A stretch of DNA of 64,000 nt from an uncultured Gemmatimonadales bacterium (GTDB lineage Bacteria > Gemmatimonadota > Gemmatimonadetes > Gemmatimonadales > GWC2-71-9): positions 128,336-192,335 of the forward strand of contig CAWGVP010000006.1 of assembly GCA_963826065.1 (NCBI GenBank), given 5' to 3'. A model generated the notes under the pieces. The model was not told the origin of the DNA and searched no databases. It saw only the letters and a program-made list of their open reading frames with translations. How positions within the stretch are numbered: the first letter of the stretch is position 1; each line of letters starts with the position of its first letter. A program made the translations under genes and the position numbers. Of this stretch, positions 28,567-38,215 are shown piece by piece.

Positions 28567-29204
28567 GGCAGGGCACTCTCGATCTCGTCCATTCCCCGGC
28601 GCCATTTCCTTTCCAGAAGTTGCCGGGCGGCCTCCCGGTCACCCTTCCGCAGGGCCTCCGCGATTCTCGAATGCTGAAGACTGGAGAGGCTCACGCGCCC
28701 GCCTCGCTGAAGGTAGTGGTGGAGATAGCGCCGCAGCGACCGGCGAAGCGTAGCCACGAGAGCCAGCAGACGGCGGTTGGGGCAGTCCTCCAGCAGCACC
28801 CGATGGAACTCTTCGTCGAGCTCGATGCAGCGGGCAATGTCGCCCCTGGTCTGCTCCAGTTGCCGGACGACGTCGGCGAGACGAGCCACTCGCTGAGAGT
28901 CGGGCTCGGGGGACTGGTCGAGCGCGAGGGGCTCGAGCGCGGCGAGAATGGATCCGGTGTCGCGCAGCTCGGTTCGATCGAGGGGGGTGAGGCGGAATCC
29001 CCGGCCTGCCTCCGCGGAGAGCAACCCCTCGCGGGAAAGTCGCAGCAGGGCCTCGCGCACCGGGGTCCGGCTGACGCCCAACTCGGCGGCAATGCCGGCA
29101 TCGCGAACCCGGGCCCCGCCGGGGATGGCACCCAGTTGGATGCGTTGCAGCACTTGGAGATAGACCTGTTCGCCGAGTGGGGACCGGGCTATTGGTGTCG
29201 ACAT
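28563..29204 (-). CDS. GntR-family transcriptional regulator (FadR/FCD subfamily)
   Basis: The N-terminal wHTH is 'LGVSRTPVREALLRLSREGLL'. The C-terminal region is helical and FCD-like. 213 aa. Confidence 0.85.
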   Translation of the reverse strand: MSTPIARSPLGEQVYLQVLQRIQLGAIPGGARVRDAGIAAELGVSRTPVREALLRLSREGLLSAEAGRGFRLTPLDRTELRDTGSILAALEPLALDQSPEPDSQRVARLADVVRQLEQTRGDIARCIELDEEFHRVLLEDCPNRRLLALVATLRRSLRRYLHHYLQRGGRVSLSSLQHSRIAEALRKGDREAARQLLERKWRRGMDEIESALP

Positions 29205-29410
29205 ATTATATCCCGAGTTAAGGATGCTGAATACAATATGTCAGCACTGCCGCCTCCCGCAAGCGCATCCGCGCAGGATCGATCGATCTGCGACAGCGCG
29301 CGCTCAGGAGTACCGGGAGACCGGACTCGATTTTCACTGCCCCCGAAGACAGGTTTTACCCTTTCCAGCCCTACCGAACCTCAACCGCCGCCCAGACGGC
29401 GGAGGACGCG

Positions 29411-30328
29411 ATGACCGCCACCTGGCCCTTGGCGCTCTTGTACCTCGTGCTTGCGGCGGTTCCTCTGGCCGCGCAGTCGGAGGAGGACCTGCGACAACAC
29501 TTCGAGGGCAAGCGGGTCACGCTCAAGATCGCGATGCCGGGCACCGAGTCCGGCGTGGACATCTATCCCGGCACCGCCCGTCCGCTCGACTATCCGCGCT
29601 ACGCCTCCCGTCTCAAGGACAACGGCACCGCGATCCGGGCGGGCGAGGACGCGATGATCACCAAGATTCGGCTGAGGTCCAGCCACATCGAGTTCCAGCT
29701 CGACGGCGGCGGCTACGGCACCATGAGCGACGAGACCTCCACCACCGTCCACGTGGGATCCACTCCCAAGAGCAGGCGGGAAAAGAATCTCGAGGGGCAG
29801 CTCGAGCGGGAGCAGGACCCGCTCCGGCGGCGGGAGATCAAGGAGGAGCTGGATGACCTTCGGCGTGCCCGCGAGCAGGAGGACGCGCGCAACCGCGCCG
29901 AAGTCGCCGGCGCGGAGGAGCAGAAGAAGCAGAACCTGAGGCAGCGACGGCTCGAGGGCGGGTCGCGGTTCAACGTCCGCTATCGCGACCGCCTGCCGGA
30001 CGCGGTGCTCACGCCGAAGGGCCTGGAGGCCGCGCTCGCGGAGTACGTCACCTTCCCTTCGCTCCCGGTCAACGTGGCGTCGACCGAGCCGGCCCAGCCC
30101 GTGGAGACGGGCGACATCGGCCCGGCGCCGGCGCAGCGCGGCGGTCTGCCGCGAAAAGGGATGACGATGAGTGAAGTGGATGATCTGTTGGGCGCCGCCC
30201 TGGATAGCGCCGAGCGGCCGGAAGGCGGCCTGCGCGTCGTGACCCGGATCTATCGGACGGGCGATGGCCGGGTCACCGCCGAGTTCGTCGAGGACGTGCT
30301 GTTCCGTTACTCCGTCAGGTCCGACTGA
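29411..30328 (+). CDS. Hypothetical secreted protein with a highly charged coiled-coil centre and a BamE/SmpA-like C-terminal segment
   Basis: Signal peptide MTATWPLALLYLVLAAVPLAAQ. The central region is R/E/K-rich (KSRREKNLEGQLEREQD...). 'GMTMSEVDDLLGA' resembles the SmpA/OmlA motif. No confident family assignment. Confidence 0.5.
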   Translation: MTATWPLALLYLVLAAVPLAAQSEEDLRQHFEGKRVTLKIAMPGTESGVDIYPGTARPLDYPRYASRLKDNGTAIRAGEDAMITKIRLRSSHIEFQLDGGGYGTMSDETSTTVHVGSTPKSRREKNLEGQLEREQDPLRRREIKEELDDLRRAREQEDARNRAEVAGAEEQKKQNLRQRRLEGGSRFNVRYRDRLPDAVLTPKGLEAALAEYVTFPSLPVNVASTEPAQPVETGDIGPAPAQRGGLPRKGMTMSEVDDLLGAALDSAERPEGGLRVVTRIYRTGDGRVTAEFVEDVLFRYSVRSD

Positions 30329-31299
30329 GACAGCGTCGGCCCTGACCCGATCGCGACGGTCACCGGGATCGAGACCGCCCCGAATCGGTCGCCTGGCTGC
30401 TCGGCGTAGCGCAGGTCGATGATGTGGACGACGAACGCCCCCGCTCCAGCCGGCTCCAGCCGAAAGGTCGGAAATCGCGCCCAGCCGAGGAACCGCCGTC
30501 CCACGGTCGTTCGGGCGGCGGCCCGGACTGCCGGATGGTCGGCCGGCCCCTTGGGGAAGACGCGCAGCGACGCCGGGTCCAGGCGAGGCGTGGCCATCCA
30601 GCGAAAGTCCGCCGTCCGGTAGACCTCCTCCTGCTCCACCACGACTTTCCGCCGAAACGGATTCATCGGGATGGGTGAGACCATCAGCCGGCTCACCGGC
30701 TCGCCCGTGATGGCGGCGATCTCCGCTCCGGCGGCACGTCGGCTCGCCACGGTGGATGCCGCCATGGTCACGACGTAGGCGAGCGAGAGGCCGAGTGCGA
30801 CCCGTGCGGCCCCGGTGCCGCCCCGCCGGGCGCGGGTCAGCATGACGCCCGCGCCGAGCACGAGCCAGAGCCAGGGATCCACGATGAAGAGGGTGTCGCC
30901 GTAGTACCATCGGCCGCTGAACGGCATGAGCCATCGCATGCCGTAGGTGTTGAGCGTGTCGAGGATGGGGTGCGACAGGATGGCGATGGTGGAGAGCAGG
31001 AGCAGCTGGCGCGGCACCAGGCCGGAAGGCAGCGTGGCCCGGCGGGCTCGCCGCACCGCCCGACCCAGCAGCATCATGGCGCCGGTGAGCACGAACGGCC
31101 ACAGCAGCAGCGCCAGGACCCCATGGGTCCACCCGCGCCGAAAGGCGAGATCCGCCTCCGGTCCGAAGAAGTACGCCACCACGTCCACATCGGGAAGGTT
31201 GGCCCCGACCAGCAGAGTCAGGGTACCGAACGCGGTCCGTCGGGCCAGTCCGCTCCGGGCGAGCCCGGCGCCGACCAGCGTGTGACAGATCGGATCTAT
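30307..31299 (-). CDS. YdjM-like membrane-bound metal-dependent hydrolase (DUF457-type); 5' end non-canonical
   Basis: The ORF track starts at a GTG at 31188. The same frame stays open upstream and encodes the family-typical N-terminus 'IDPICHTLVGAGLARSGL...LLVGANLPDVD'. There is no ATG, GTG or TTG before 31188. The candidate start is ATA at 31299, overlapping the osmC TAG. Confidence 0.55.
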   Translation of the reverse strand: MDPICHTLVGAGLARSGLARRTAFGTLTLLVGANLPDVDVVAYFFGPEADLAFRRGWTHGVLALLLWPFVLTGAMMLLGRAVRRARRATLPSGLVPRQLLLLSTIAILSHPILDTLNTYGMRWLMPFSGRWYYGDTLFIVDPWLWLVLGAGVMLTRARRGGTGAARVALGLSLAYVVTMAASTVASRRAAGAEIAAITGEPVSRLMVSPIPMNPFRRKVVVEQEEVYRTADFRWMATPRLDPASLRVFPKGPADHPAVRAAARTTVGRRFLGWARFPTFRLEPAGAGAFVVHIIDLRYAEQPGDRFGAVSIPVTVAIGSGPTLSQSDLTE

Positions 31300-31724
31300 G
31301 CCAGCCTCGCGTCCAGCTCGAACGGCACGTTGCCGATGAGGGCCTGGGACACGGGGCAGCCATCCTTGGCTCCCTCCGCCGCCTTGGCGAAGGCCGCCTG
31401 GTCGATGCCGGGGACCTGGCCTCGGACTTCCAGGCGCATGCGCGTGATCCGGAACCCGTCGCCGACCTTGTCGATGGTGGCGGAGGCGGTCGTCGTTATG
31501 CGCGTGGCCGGCGTGCCGGCGGCCTCGAGCGCCCCGCTCAGCGCCATGCTGAGGCAGGAGGCATGCGCCGCCGCGATCAGCTCCTCCGGATTGGTGCCCT
31601 TGGCCCCCTCGAATCGGGTGGGGAAGGAGTAGCTGCCCTGGATCAGTCCAGACTTGCCGGCGAACTGGCCCTTGCCGTCTCGAAGACCGCCTTCCCAGGT
31701 GGCGGTGGCGCTGCTGGTAGTCAC
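31296..31724 (-). CDS. osmC: OsmC-family peroxiredoxin
   Basis: 142 aa with 'NPEELIAAAHASCLSMAL' and 'KDGCPVSQAL', which are the two conserved OsmC cysteines. The GTG start is preceded by AAGGAGG. Confidence 0.9.
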   Translation of the reverse strand: MTTSSATATWEGGLRDGKGQFAGKSGLIQGSYSFPTRFEGAKGTNPEELIAAAHASCLSMALSGALEAAGTPATRITTTASATIDKVGDGFRITRMRLEVRGQVPGIDQAAFAKAAEGAKDGCPVSQALIGNVPFELDARLA

Positions 31725-31737
31725 AAGTGCCTCCTTG

Positions 31738-32214
31738 TCACAGCCGATACATGAAACCGAGCGCCAGTCGGAACGGGCTGGTGTCCTCCACGAAAGTCCA
31801 GCGGAACTCGAGGAAGCCCTTGGTTCGTTGGCCCGGTGGCGCGGTGCTCAGGCCGAAGAAGAGATTGTAGCCGGTTTCGGTGTCCGAGTCATCCGGATGC
31901 ACGAAGGCGATGCCGCCACCTGCGTAGAGGCTTCCGTTGCCGAAGCGGATCGCCGCGTCGCCGTTGAGCTGCCAGCCCATCCCTTCGTCACGGGGAAAGA
32001 AGAGATCGCCGCTGGGCCGGAGCTCCAGGTTGCGGCCCACCGGCGCGGCGGCCTGGGCGCCGACACTCCAGGCCTTGTTCTCGAAGTCGCGGCCCACGCG
32101 AGGACCGGCCTGCACCGGGCCGCTGAAGATGGCAGTGCCGCGACGCTGCGCAACGACGTCCGCCGGGAGCAGCGACACCGCGGCCAGCAGCAGGAGCACC
32201 CAGCGGCCCCTCAC
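31738..32214 (-). CDS. Small outer-membrane beta-barrel protein (hypothetical)
   Basis: The GTG at 32214 overlaps the M16 stop (GTGA). Signal peptide is RGRWVLLLLAAVSLLPADVVAQ. It has alternating beta-strand patterning and ends in aromatic-x '...GFMYRL'. 158 aa. Confidence 0.5.
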   Translation of the reverse strand: MRGRWVLLLLAAVSLLPADVVAQRRGTAIFSGPVQAGPRVGRDFENKAWSVGAQAAAPVGRNLELRPSGDLFFPRDEGMGWQLNGDAAIRFGNGSLYAGGGIAFVHPDDSDTETGYNLFFGLSTAPPGQRTKGFLEFRWTFVEDTSPFRLALGFMYRL

Positions 32215-34985
32215 TTCGCGGCGAGCGGTTTGCCGTCCGCGTCGATCAATCGGATCTCGCCGAGGTTCAGCTTCCGGATGCCGGCCTCGATTTTCGATCG
32301 ATCCCCGACCACGACCCAGACCAGCTTGTCGGGGTGGATCACCGCCTTGGCTGCCTCGCTGAGGGATGCCACGGTCTGCGACCGCACCTTCTCGCCGTAG
32401 GTGTCGTAGTAGCGGTCGTCCAGCCCGAAGGTGACGATGTCGGCCAGGGTGCCGGCGATGGCGTCCATCGTCTCCCAGGTGCCGGGCAGCGTGAGGGTGA
32501 GCTCCGACTTGGCGCGCGCCAACTCCTCCGCGGTGGGGGGACGATCGGTCAGGATGCCGCCCAGCTCCTTGCGCAGCTCGGCCAGCGCCTCCGTGGTCTT
32601 GTCGGTCTGCACCGGCGCGTAGGTGACGAACGGGCGCTGGCCCTTCGCGTCGCGGAAGAAGGTGAACGCGCCATAGGACCAGTGCTTGTCTTCCCGGAGG
32701 TTCATGTTGATCCTGGCGGCGAACGATCCGCCGAGCACCAGGTTCATGGCCTCGATCGCCGGCTCGTCGGGGTTCGCCTTGGGCGGCGCGACGTTGCCCA
32801 CCAGGATCAGCGACTGGATCGCCTCCGGCCGGTCGAGCAGGTAGACGGTCGAGCGGGGCTGCTGCTCGACGGTGCCGATGTTCTTCTCGGGTACGTCGCC
32901 CTGGGCCCACCCGCTGAACGCCCGCTCCAGCCTGGGCCGGATCTCGGCCATCGTCGTGGCGCCGACCACGACCAGGGTGGCGTTGTTGGGCTTGAACCAC
33001 GTGCGGTGGAACCTGATCAGATCGTCGCGGGTGATTCTCGCGGTGGATTCCTCCGTGCCGGAGCCGGTCCAGGGGTTGGCGTAGGCGTGCCCCTCGCCGT
33101 AGAGCAGGCCGGGAAAGACTCGCAGCGCCATGCCGACCGGGTCCGCCTTCTCCTGCTGGATCTGGGCGATCCGCTGCCGCTTGAGCCGCTCGAAGTCGGT
33201 GCGCGGAAACGACGGGTTGAGCACCACGTCGGCGAAAACCGCGAGAGCGCCGTCGAGCTTGTCCTTCAAAGTCTCGAGCGTCACCGCGGACATGTCGAGG
33301 CCGGAGCCGGTGGAGAGGTTGGCGCCGAGGGCGCGGAGCTCGTCGCTGATGGCGATCGCGCTGCGTGTCCGGGTGCCCTCGTCCAGCATCGCCATCGCCA
33401 GACTGGCGGTGCCGGGAATGCCGAACTGGTCGGCCGCGTAGCCGGCGTCGAGCAGCAGGTCGAAATGCACCTGGGGGATGGAGGTGGCGCGCGCCAGCAC
33501 GATCTCGAGACCGTTGGCGAGGGTGTCGCGCTCGAAGGCGGGGAATCTGGCCTCGGGCGGCGTGCCGGTCCCGGGCACCTTGCTGCGGTCCACTCCGGAA
33601 GTCGCCACCTGGTGCTCGCCGAAGGGGTGCACCACGAGCGTGTAGTCCCCGTCGGAGAGCCAGCGGTTCGCCGTCGCGCGGACCTGCGACGCGGTGGCGC
33701 CCGCGATGCGCTGGAGCCGGGTCTTGTAATAGTCGGGGCGGCCGGCATAGACCTCACCCTGGGCCAGCACGTCCGACTTGCCGCCCCCGCCACCGATCCG
33801 CTCCACCCCGCGCACGAAGTTGGCCCGGATCCCGACCTTGGCGCGCTGAAGCTCGGCGGGCGTGGGTCCGGCGGCCAGGAGCCTGGCCAGCTCCTCGTTC
33901 ACTACGCGCTCGACTCGCGCCAGGTCGCCGCCCGGCTTGACCGTCACCTCGATCCCGAAGAGTCCGCCGATCTCACGCGCGTCCACGTAGGCTTCGACCG
34001 CGGTCGCGATCTGCTCGTCGTACACCAGCCGCTTGTACAGGCGGGAAGACTTGCCGGTGGAGAGCAGGTCGCCGACCAGCTCGAGCTGCTCGGCCTCCGC
34101 GGTGCCCCAGCCCGGCACGTTCCACAGCTTGTAGATCCGCGACTGCGGCACCCGATCGTACATGATGCCGCGCTGGCTGCCGGCCCGCTTGGCGACCCAC
34201 TGCTCCTGACGCGCGGTCGGCGGGCCCGCGGGGATGTCGCCGAAATACTTCTCGATCCTGGCCTTCACATCATTCGGCTCCACGTCGCCCGCGACGACGA
34301 TCACCGCGTTCGCGGCGCCGTAGTACGACTGGAACCACTCCTTGACGTCCTCCACCTTCGCCGCGCCGAGGTCTTCCATCGACCCGATGGTGCTCCAGGA
34401 ATAGGGGTGGTTCGTCGGGTAGACCCTGGGATAGAGGAACTCCCAGACCCGGCCGTAGGGCTCGTTCTCCCGCTGCCGCTTCTCGTTCTGCACCACGCCG
34501 CGCTGCTCGTCGAGCCGGGCCTGGTCCACGGCGCCGAGGAGGTGCCCCATCCGGTCCGACTCGAGCCAGAGCACCAGGTCCAGCGCGTTGGTGGGCACGT
34601 TCTGGTAGTAGTTGGTTCGGTCGGCGTTGGTCGTGCCGTTGTAGTCGGTGGCACCGACCCGCTGCAGCGGCCCGAAAAAATCGTCGTTGTAGTTCTCGCT
34701 GCCGTTGAACATCAGGTGCTCGAACAGATGGGCGAAGCCGGTGCGGCCCGGCCGCTCGTTCTTCGACCCGACGTGGTACCACACGTTCACCGCCACGATC
34801 GGGGCCTTGTGGTCCTCGTGGACGATCAACGTCAGTCCGTTGGGGAGCACGTGGCGGACGAAGGGGATGTCGATGGCCGCGCCCTGTGCGGAGAGCGGGG
34901 CGGTGGTCGTCAGGAGGAGAAGCGGGACGATGCGAGGAAATCGGCGTGGCACGGATCGGTTCCTGTCGGAGTCGGGCTTGGGCAA
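32211..34985 (-). CDS. M16-family zinc peptidase (pitrilysin/insulinase-like, fused active + inactive halves), secreted
   Basis: 924 aa with a signal peptide. The inverted zinc motif is 'HLFEHLMFNGSENY' (HxxEH). The second M16 pair has no zinc motif. Confidence 0.9.
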   Translation of the reverse strand: MPKPDSDRNRSVPRRFPRIVPLLLLTTTAPLSAQGAAIDIPFVRHVLPNGLTLIVHEDHKAPIVAVNVWYHVGSKNERPGRTGFAHLFEHLMFNGSENYNDDFFGPLQRVGATDYNGTTNADRTNYYQNVPTNALDLVLWLESDRMGHLLGAVDQARLDEQRGVVQNEKRQRENEPYGRVWEFLYPRVYPTNHPYSWSTIGSMEDLGAAKVEDVKEWFQSYYGAANAVIVVAGDVEPNDVKARIEKYFGDIPAGPPTARQEQWVAKRAGSQRGIMYDRVPQSRIYKLWNVPGWGTAEAEQLELVGDLLSTGKSSRLYKRLVYDEQIATAVEAYVDAREIGGLFGIEVTVKPGGDLARVERVVNEELARLLAAGPTPAELQRAKVGIRANFVRGVERIGGGGGKSDVLAQGEVYAGRPDYYKTRLQRIAGATASQVRATANRWLSDGDYTLVVHPFGEHQVATSGVDRSKVPGTGTPPEARFPAFERDTLANGLEIVLARATSIPQVHFDLLLDAGYAADQFGIPGTASLAMAMLDEGTRTRSAIAISDELRALGANLSTGSGLDMSAVTLETLKDKLDGALAVFADVVLNPSFPRTDFERLKRQRIAQIQQEKADPVGMALRVFPGLLYGEGHAYANPWTGSGTEESTARITRDDLIRFHRTWFKPNNATLVVVGATTMAEIRPRLERAFSGWAQGDVPEKNIGTVEQQPRSTVYLLDRPEAIQSLILVGNVAPPKANPDEPAIEAMNLVLGGSFAARINMNLREDKHWSYGAFTFFRDAKGQRPFVTYAPVQTDKTTEALAELRKELGGILTDRPPTAEELARAKSELTLTLPGTWETMDAIAGTLADIVTFGLDDRYYDTYGEKVRSQTVASLSEAAKAVIHPDKLVWVVVGDRSKIEAGIRKLNLGEIRLIDADGKPLAAK

Positions 34986-35034
34986 TGGCAGCGTCGGATT
35001 GGAAAGGTAGGACGGCAGGCAGGGAGGGAAAGTG

Positions 35035-35556
35035 TCATCCCGCCGGCTGCTGCCCCGCCCCGCCGCCCCGCTGCCCCGCTGCCATGCCCTGTGCCGCCCC
35101 CCGCCGCCCCTCGGGCGGCGGGGGCGCCAGGTTTCGCTCCAGCCAGTACCGGCCGACCAGCTGGATCGTCCGGTAGAACTCCTCGAACTCGACCGGCTTC
35201 CGGACGCAGCTGTTGGCCCCGACCTGATAGCATTGGGCCAGCTCGCGCGGCTCGCTGGCGGGCACCATCATCACCACCGGCGCGGCGCCGGCCCGGGGGC
35301 TCGCACGCAGGGCTCGCAGCACCTCGATGCCGTCCACCCGCGGGAGACGGAGATCGAGGAGCACGAGGCGTGGCTGGGGCGCCGTATGCCTTTGGCGGAA
35401 GGCGCCGCGTGCCAGCAGGTAGTCGAGCGCCTCCTCCCCGTCGCGCGCGACGCCGATCCGCCACTCCGGATCCAGGTCGCGCAGCGGCCGAAGCGTCAGC
35501 TCCACTTCGAGCGGATTGTCCTGCACCAGGAGCACGTCGATCTCGTCAGCGATCAC
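35035..35556 (-). CDS. Stand-alone CheY-like response regulator receiver
   Basis: The GTG at 35556 lies 11 nt inside the end of the upstream kinase gene. 'DVLLVQDNPLEVELT', 'LVLLDLRLPRVDG' and 'KPV' mark a receiver domain. There is no output domain. Confidence 0.8.
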   Translation of the reverse strand: MIADEIDVLLVQDNPLEVELTLRPLRDLDPEWRIGVARDGEEALDYLLARGAFRQRHTAPQPRLVLLDLRLPRVDGIEVLRALRASPRAGAAPVVMMVPASEPRELAQCYQVGANSCVRKPVEFEEFYRTIQLVGRYWLERNLAPPPPEGRRGAAQGMAAGQRGGGAGQQPAG

Positions 35557-38215
35557 GCAGGTCTGCGCCCCCGAAGGTGAGGTAGAAGGTGGCGCCCTGG
35601 TCCACCTCCGACTCGGCCCACACCCGGCCGCCGTGGCGCTGGGCGATACGCTGCACGAAGGCCAGGCCCGCGCCTTCCCCTTCGAACTCGTCGGAGCGGT
35701 GCAGCCGCTGGAAGAGGCCGAACAGCTTGCCGGCGTAGGCCATCTTGAAGCCGACACCGTTGTCCTGAACCGCGATGCCGTCCTGGCCGTCGGCCCGCAC
35801 CGGCCGGATCCGGATGCTGGCGCGGCCGCGCGTGCGGGTGAATTTCAAGGCGTTGGACACCAGATGCGTCACCGCCAGCTTCGCGAGCGTGGAATCGCAG
35901 TCGAGCACCGGAAGGGGTTCCACCTCCCAGTCGACGATCCGGCCCTCGGCCTCCGCCTGGAGCTGGCTCACCACGTCCTCGACCAGCAGCGTGAAGTCCA
36001 CCGGGCGGCGCAGCATGTCCTGCCGGCCCAGACGGCTGAGCTGGACCAGATCGTCCAGCATGCCGCCCATGCGGGAGGCGCCCTCACGGATCCGGGACGC
36101 GTAGTGACGCGCACCCTGGTCGAGGCCGGGCCCGCCATCCTGCAACAGCAGCTCGGCGAAGCCGCCGATGTGGCGAACCGGCGCGCGCAAGTCGTGGGAG
36201 ACCGAGTAGAGCAGGGTCTCCAGGTCCGCCGTCGTCGCCCGCAGCTCGGCCCCACGCTCCGCGATCCGGCGCTCCAGCTCGGTGCTCTTCTGGGTCAGCT
36301 CTTCACGCAGCCGGGCGTGCTGGATCGCGATCGCGATCGGCGCCGCGACCTCGAGCGCGATGTCCCGGTGCTCCGACTCGAACGCGCCTGCGGCGGTAGA
36401 GGCCAGATTCACTTCGCCGATGGCCTCGCCGTCCACCAGCAAGGGGACCGAGAGCACGCTCCGGAGGCCCTCCTCCATGAGCTGCCGGAAAATCGGCGGC
36501 GGGGATTCGACGGTCGAGAGGTCCTCGATGTAGCGCACCGTGCCCCGACGCAGCACCTCGGCCGGCGAGAGGGAGTCGAGCGCGATCGGAGCGGTGGGGA
36601 GCGGGTTGGCGCCGGCGTACCCCGCCACCAGCATCGCCTGGCCTCTGGGAAAATCGAACAGCACGATGGAGCAGCGCTGGCACGGCACCATCCGCCGGAT
36701 CCGCCCCAGCGCGGCCCGTCCGATCTCCGCCGGCGAGCGCGCCGCGAGCACCGCCTGCCCCATGTCGTGCAGTATTGCCAGCCGCTCCGCGGAGCGGCGG
36801 AGACGCTCTTCCGCCTGCTTCCGCTCGGTGATGTCGGTGACCATGCCGACGGTGCCGGCCAGGCTCCCGTCGCGGCTCACGATCGGGCTGGCCGAGACCA
36901 GCCCCCACAGCTCGCCCCCGTCGCGACGGAGGAATCGAAGATCCCGGCTTTCCCCGCCGGTGGCCGACGGCCGGGCCAGTGTCCGCTGAGCGCCGGCCCG
37001 GGAGGCCGCGTCGATGAAATCGTAGACCCGGCGCCCGAGCATGGCACCGTTCTGGTAGCCGAGCAGGTCGGCCATGCGCTGGTTGACGTAAGTGATCACG
37101 CCGCGGTCGTCCGCCAGCCAGATGCCTTCCTGGGCGACGTCCACCAACTGCTTGAAGCGCTGCTCGCTTTCCTGCAGCGTGCGAGTCCGCTCCTCCAGCC
37201 GCTGCTGGCGTCCCTCGTACGCCGCGGCGTGGCCCAGCGCGGCGCCCATGAGCCCGCCGAGCAGCCGCATGGCCTTGGCGTCGCGATCGGTGAAGGCGTT
37301 GGGGCGAGCGGCCACCACCTTGAGCACACCCAGCACCCGCTGCTCGTCGGTGAGCGGCACCGCCAGCAGCGAGCGGAGGCCCGCCGTACGATACGCGTCG
37401 TGACCGACTCGCGGATCGCTGGACGCGTCGTCGGTACGCTGGAGCTCCCCGGTCCGGACACAGAGGCCGGAGAGGCTGTCGGCCAGCCGGAGCCTGGGGG
37501 CGTCCACGCCGAGATGGACCTGGGGGACCAGCTCGTCGCCCTCGATCGACTCGATCACGGCACCGTCGGCGCCGGTGAGCCGAAGGCCGCGGTCGGCGAT
37601 CACCCGCATCACCGTCCGGGAGTCGAGGCCCGCCGCCGCCACCGCCTGCTGCACTTCGATCATCGCCTGGAACAGCTCGGTGTCGAGCCGCATGGCCTCC
37701 TCGGCCAGCTTGCGCTCGGTGATGTCGAACTCGGTGCCGAGGTAGCCGATCTGCCTTCCGGACTCGTCGCGCAGCGGCTCCCACGAGCTGGACGACCAAC
37801 GCTCCTGGCCGCCGCGCGCCACCACCCGGTACTCCTGGTCGTGGAGCACGCCACCCTGGGTGAGACGCTCCCACTCGGCGGTGAGCGCCGGGCGGTCGTC
37901 GGGGTGGATGTACTGGAGGAATTCCTGGTCCCGGAGATCCTCCTCTGGATAGCCGGTGAGCCGCTCGAAGGCCGGGTTCACGAAGGCGAGCTGCAGCTTC
38001 ATGTCGTACGCGACGACGCCCTCGCGCATCGTCGCGGTCACCGCCCGGAGATGGCCCCGGGCCTCCGCCGCCGCCCGCTGCGCTCGCCGCCGCCGGGCGA
38101 ACTGCATGCCGAGTAGGACGAGCAGCACCAGGACGAGGAGCGCAGCCACCGCCGCGGCGATGGCCAGCTGCACCGGTGGAATGTCCTGGATCAGGCCAGC
38201 GAGCGTTGTGCCCAC
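35546..38215 (-). CDS. Sensor histidine kinase, TM-PAS-GAF-PAS-GAF-HisKA-HATPase
   Basis: The GTG at 38215 gives the TM helix 'LAIAAAVAALLVLVLLVLLG'. It has two PAS segments ('DITERK' boundaries), two GAF-like segments, H-box 'SVSHDLRAPV' and the ATPase motif 'DNGVGF...GEGAGLAF'. The upstream part of the 1347-aa ORF is out-of-frame overlap with the neighbouring gene. Confidence 0.85.
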   Translation of the reverse strand: MGTTLAGLIQDIPPVQLAIAAAVAALLVLVLLVLLGMQFARRRRAQRAAAEARGHLRAVTATMREGVVAYDMKLQLAFVNPAFERLTGYPEEDLRDQEFLQYIHPDDRPALTAEWERLTQGGVLHDQEYRVVARGGQERWSSSSWEPLRDESGRQIGYLGTEFDITERKLAEEAMRLDTELFQAMIEVQQAVAAAGLDSRTVMRVIADRGLRLTGADGAVIESIEGDELVPQVHLGVDAPRLRLADSLSGLCVRTGELQRTDDASSDPRVGHDAYRTAGLRSLLAVPLTDEQRVLGVLKVVAARPNAFTDRDAKAMRLLGGLMGAALGHAAAYEGRQQRLEERTRTLQESEQRFKQLVDVAQEGIWLADDRGVITYVNQRMADLLGYQNGAMLGRRVYDFIDAASRAGAQRTLARPSATGGESRDLRFLRRDGGELWGLVSASPIVSRDGSLAGTVGMVTDITERKQAEERLRRSAERLAILHDMGQAVLAARSPAEIGRAALGRIRRMVPCQRCSIVLFDFPRGQAMLVAGYAGANPLPTAPIALDSLSPAEVLRRGTVRYIEDLSTVESPPPIFRQLMEEGLRSVLSVPLLVDGEAIGEVNLASTAAGAFESEHRDIALEVAAPIAIAIQHARLREELTQKSTELERRIAERGAELRATTADLETLLYSVSHDLRAPVRHIGGFAELLLQDGGPGLDQGARHYASRIREGASRMGGMLDDLVQLSRLGRQDMLRRPVDFTLLVEDVVSQLQAEAEGRIVDWEVEPLPVLDCDSTLAKLAVTHLVSNALKFTRTRGRASIRIRPVRADGQDGIAVQDNGVGFKMAYAGKLFGLFQRLHRSDEFEGEGAGLAFVQRIAQRHGGRVWAESEVDQGATFYLTFGGADLRDR

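Noticed and set aside
29191-29215. A GTCGAC palindrome (ttggtGTCGACatatt) over the GntR start codon, considered as a FadR-type operator (GT..AC core).
   Set aside because: It is only a 6-bp palindrome, which is easily produced by chance, and I could not compare against conserved sites. It is noted but not called.
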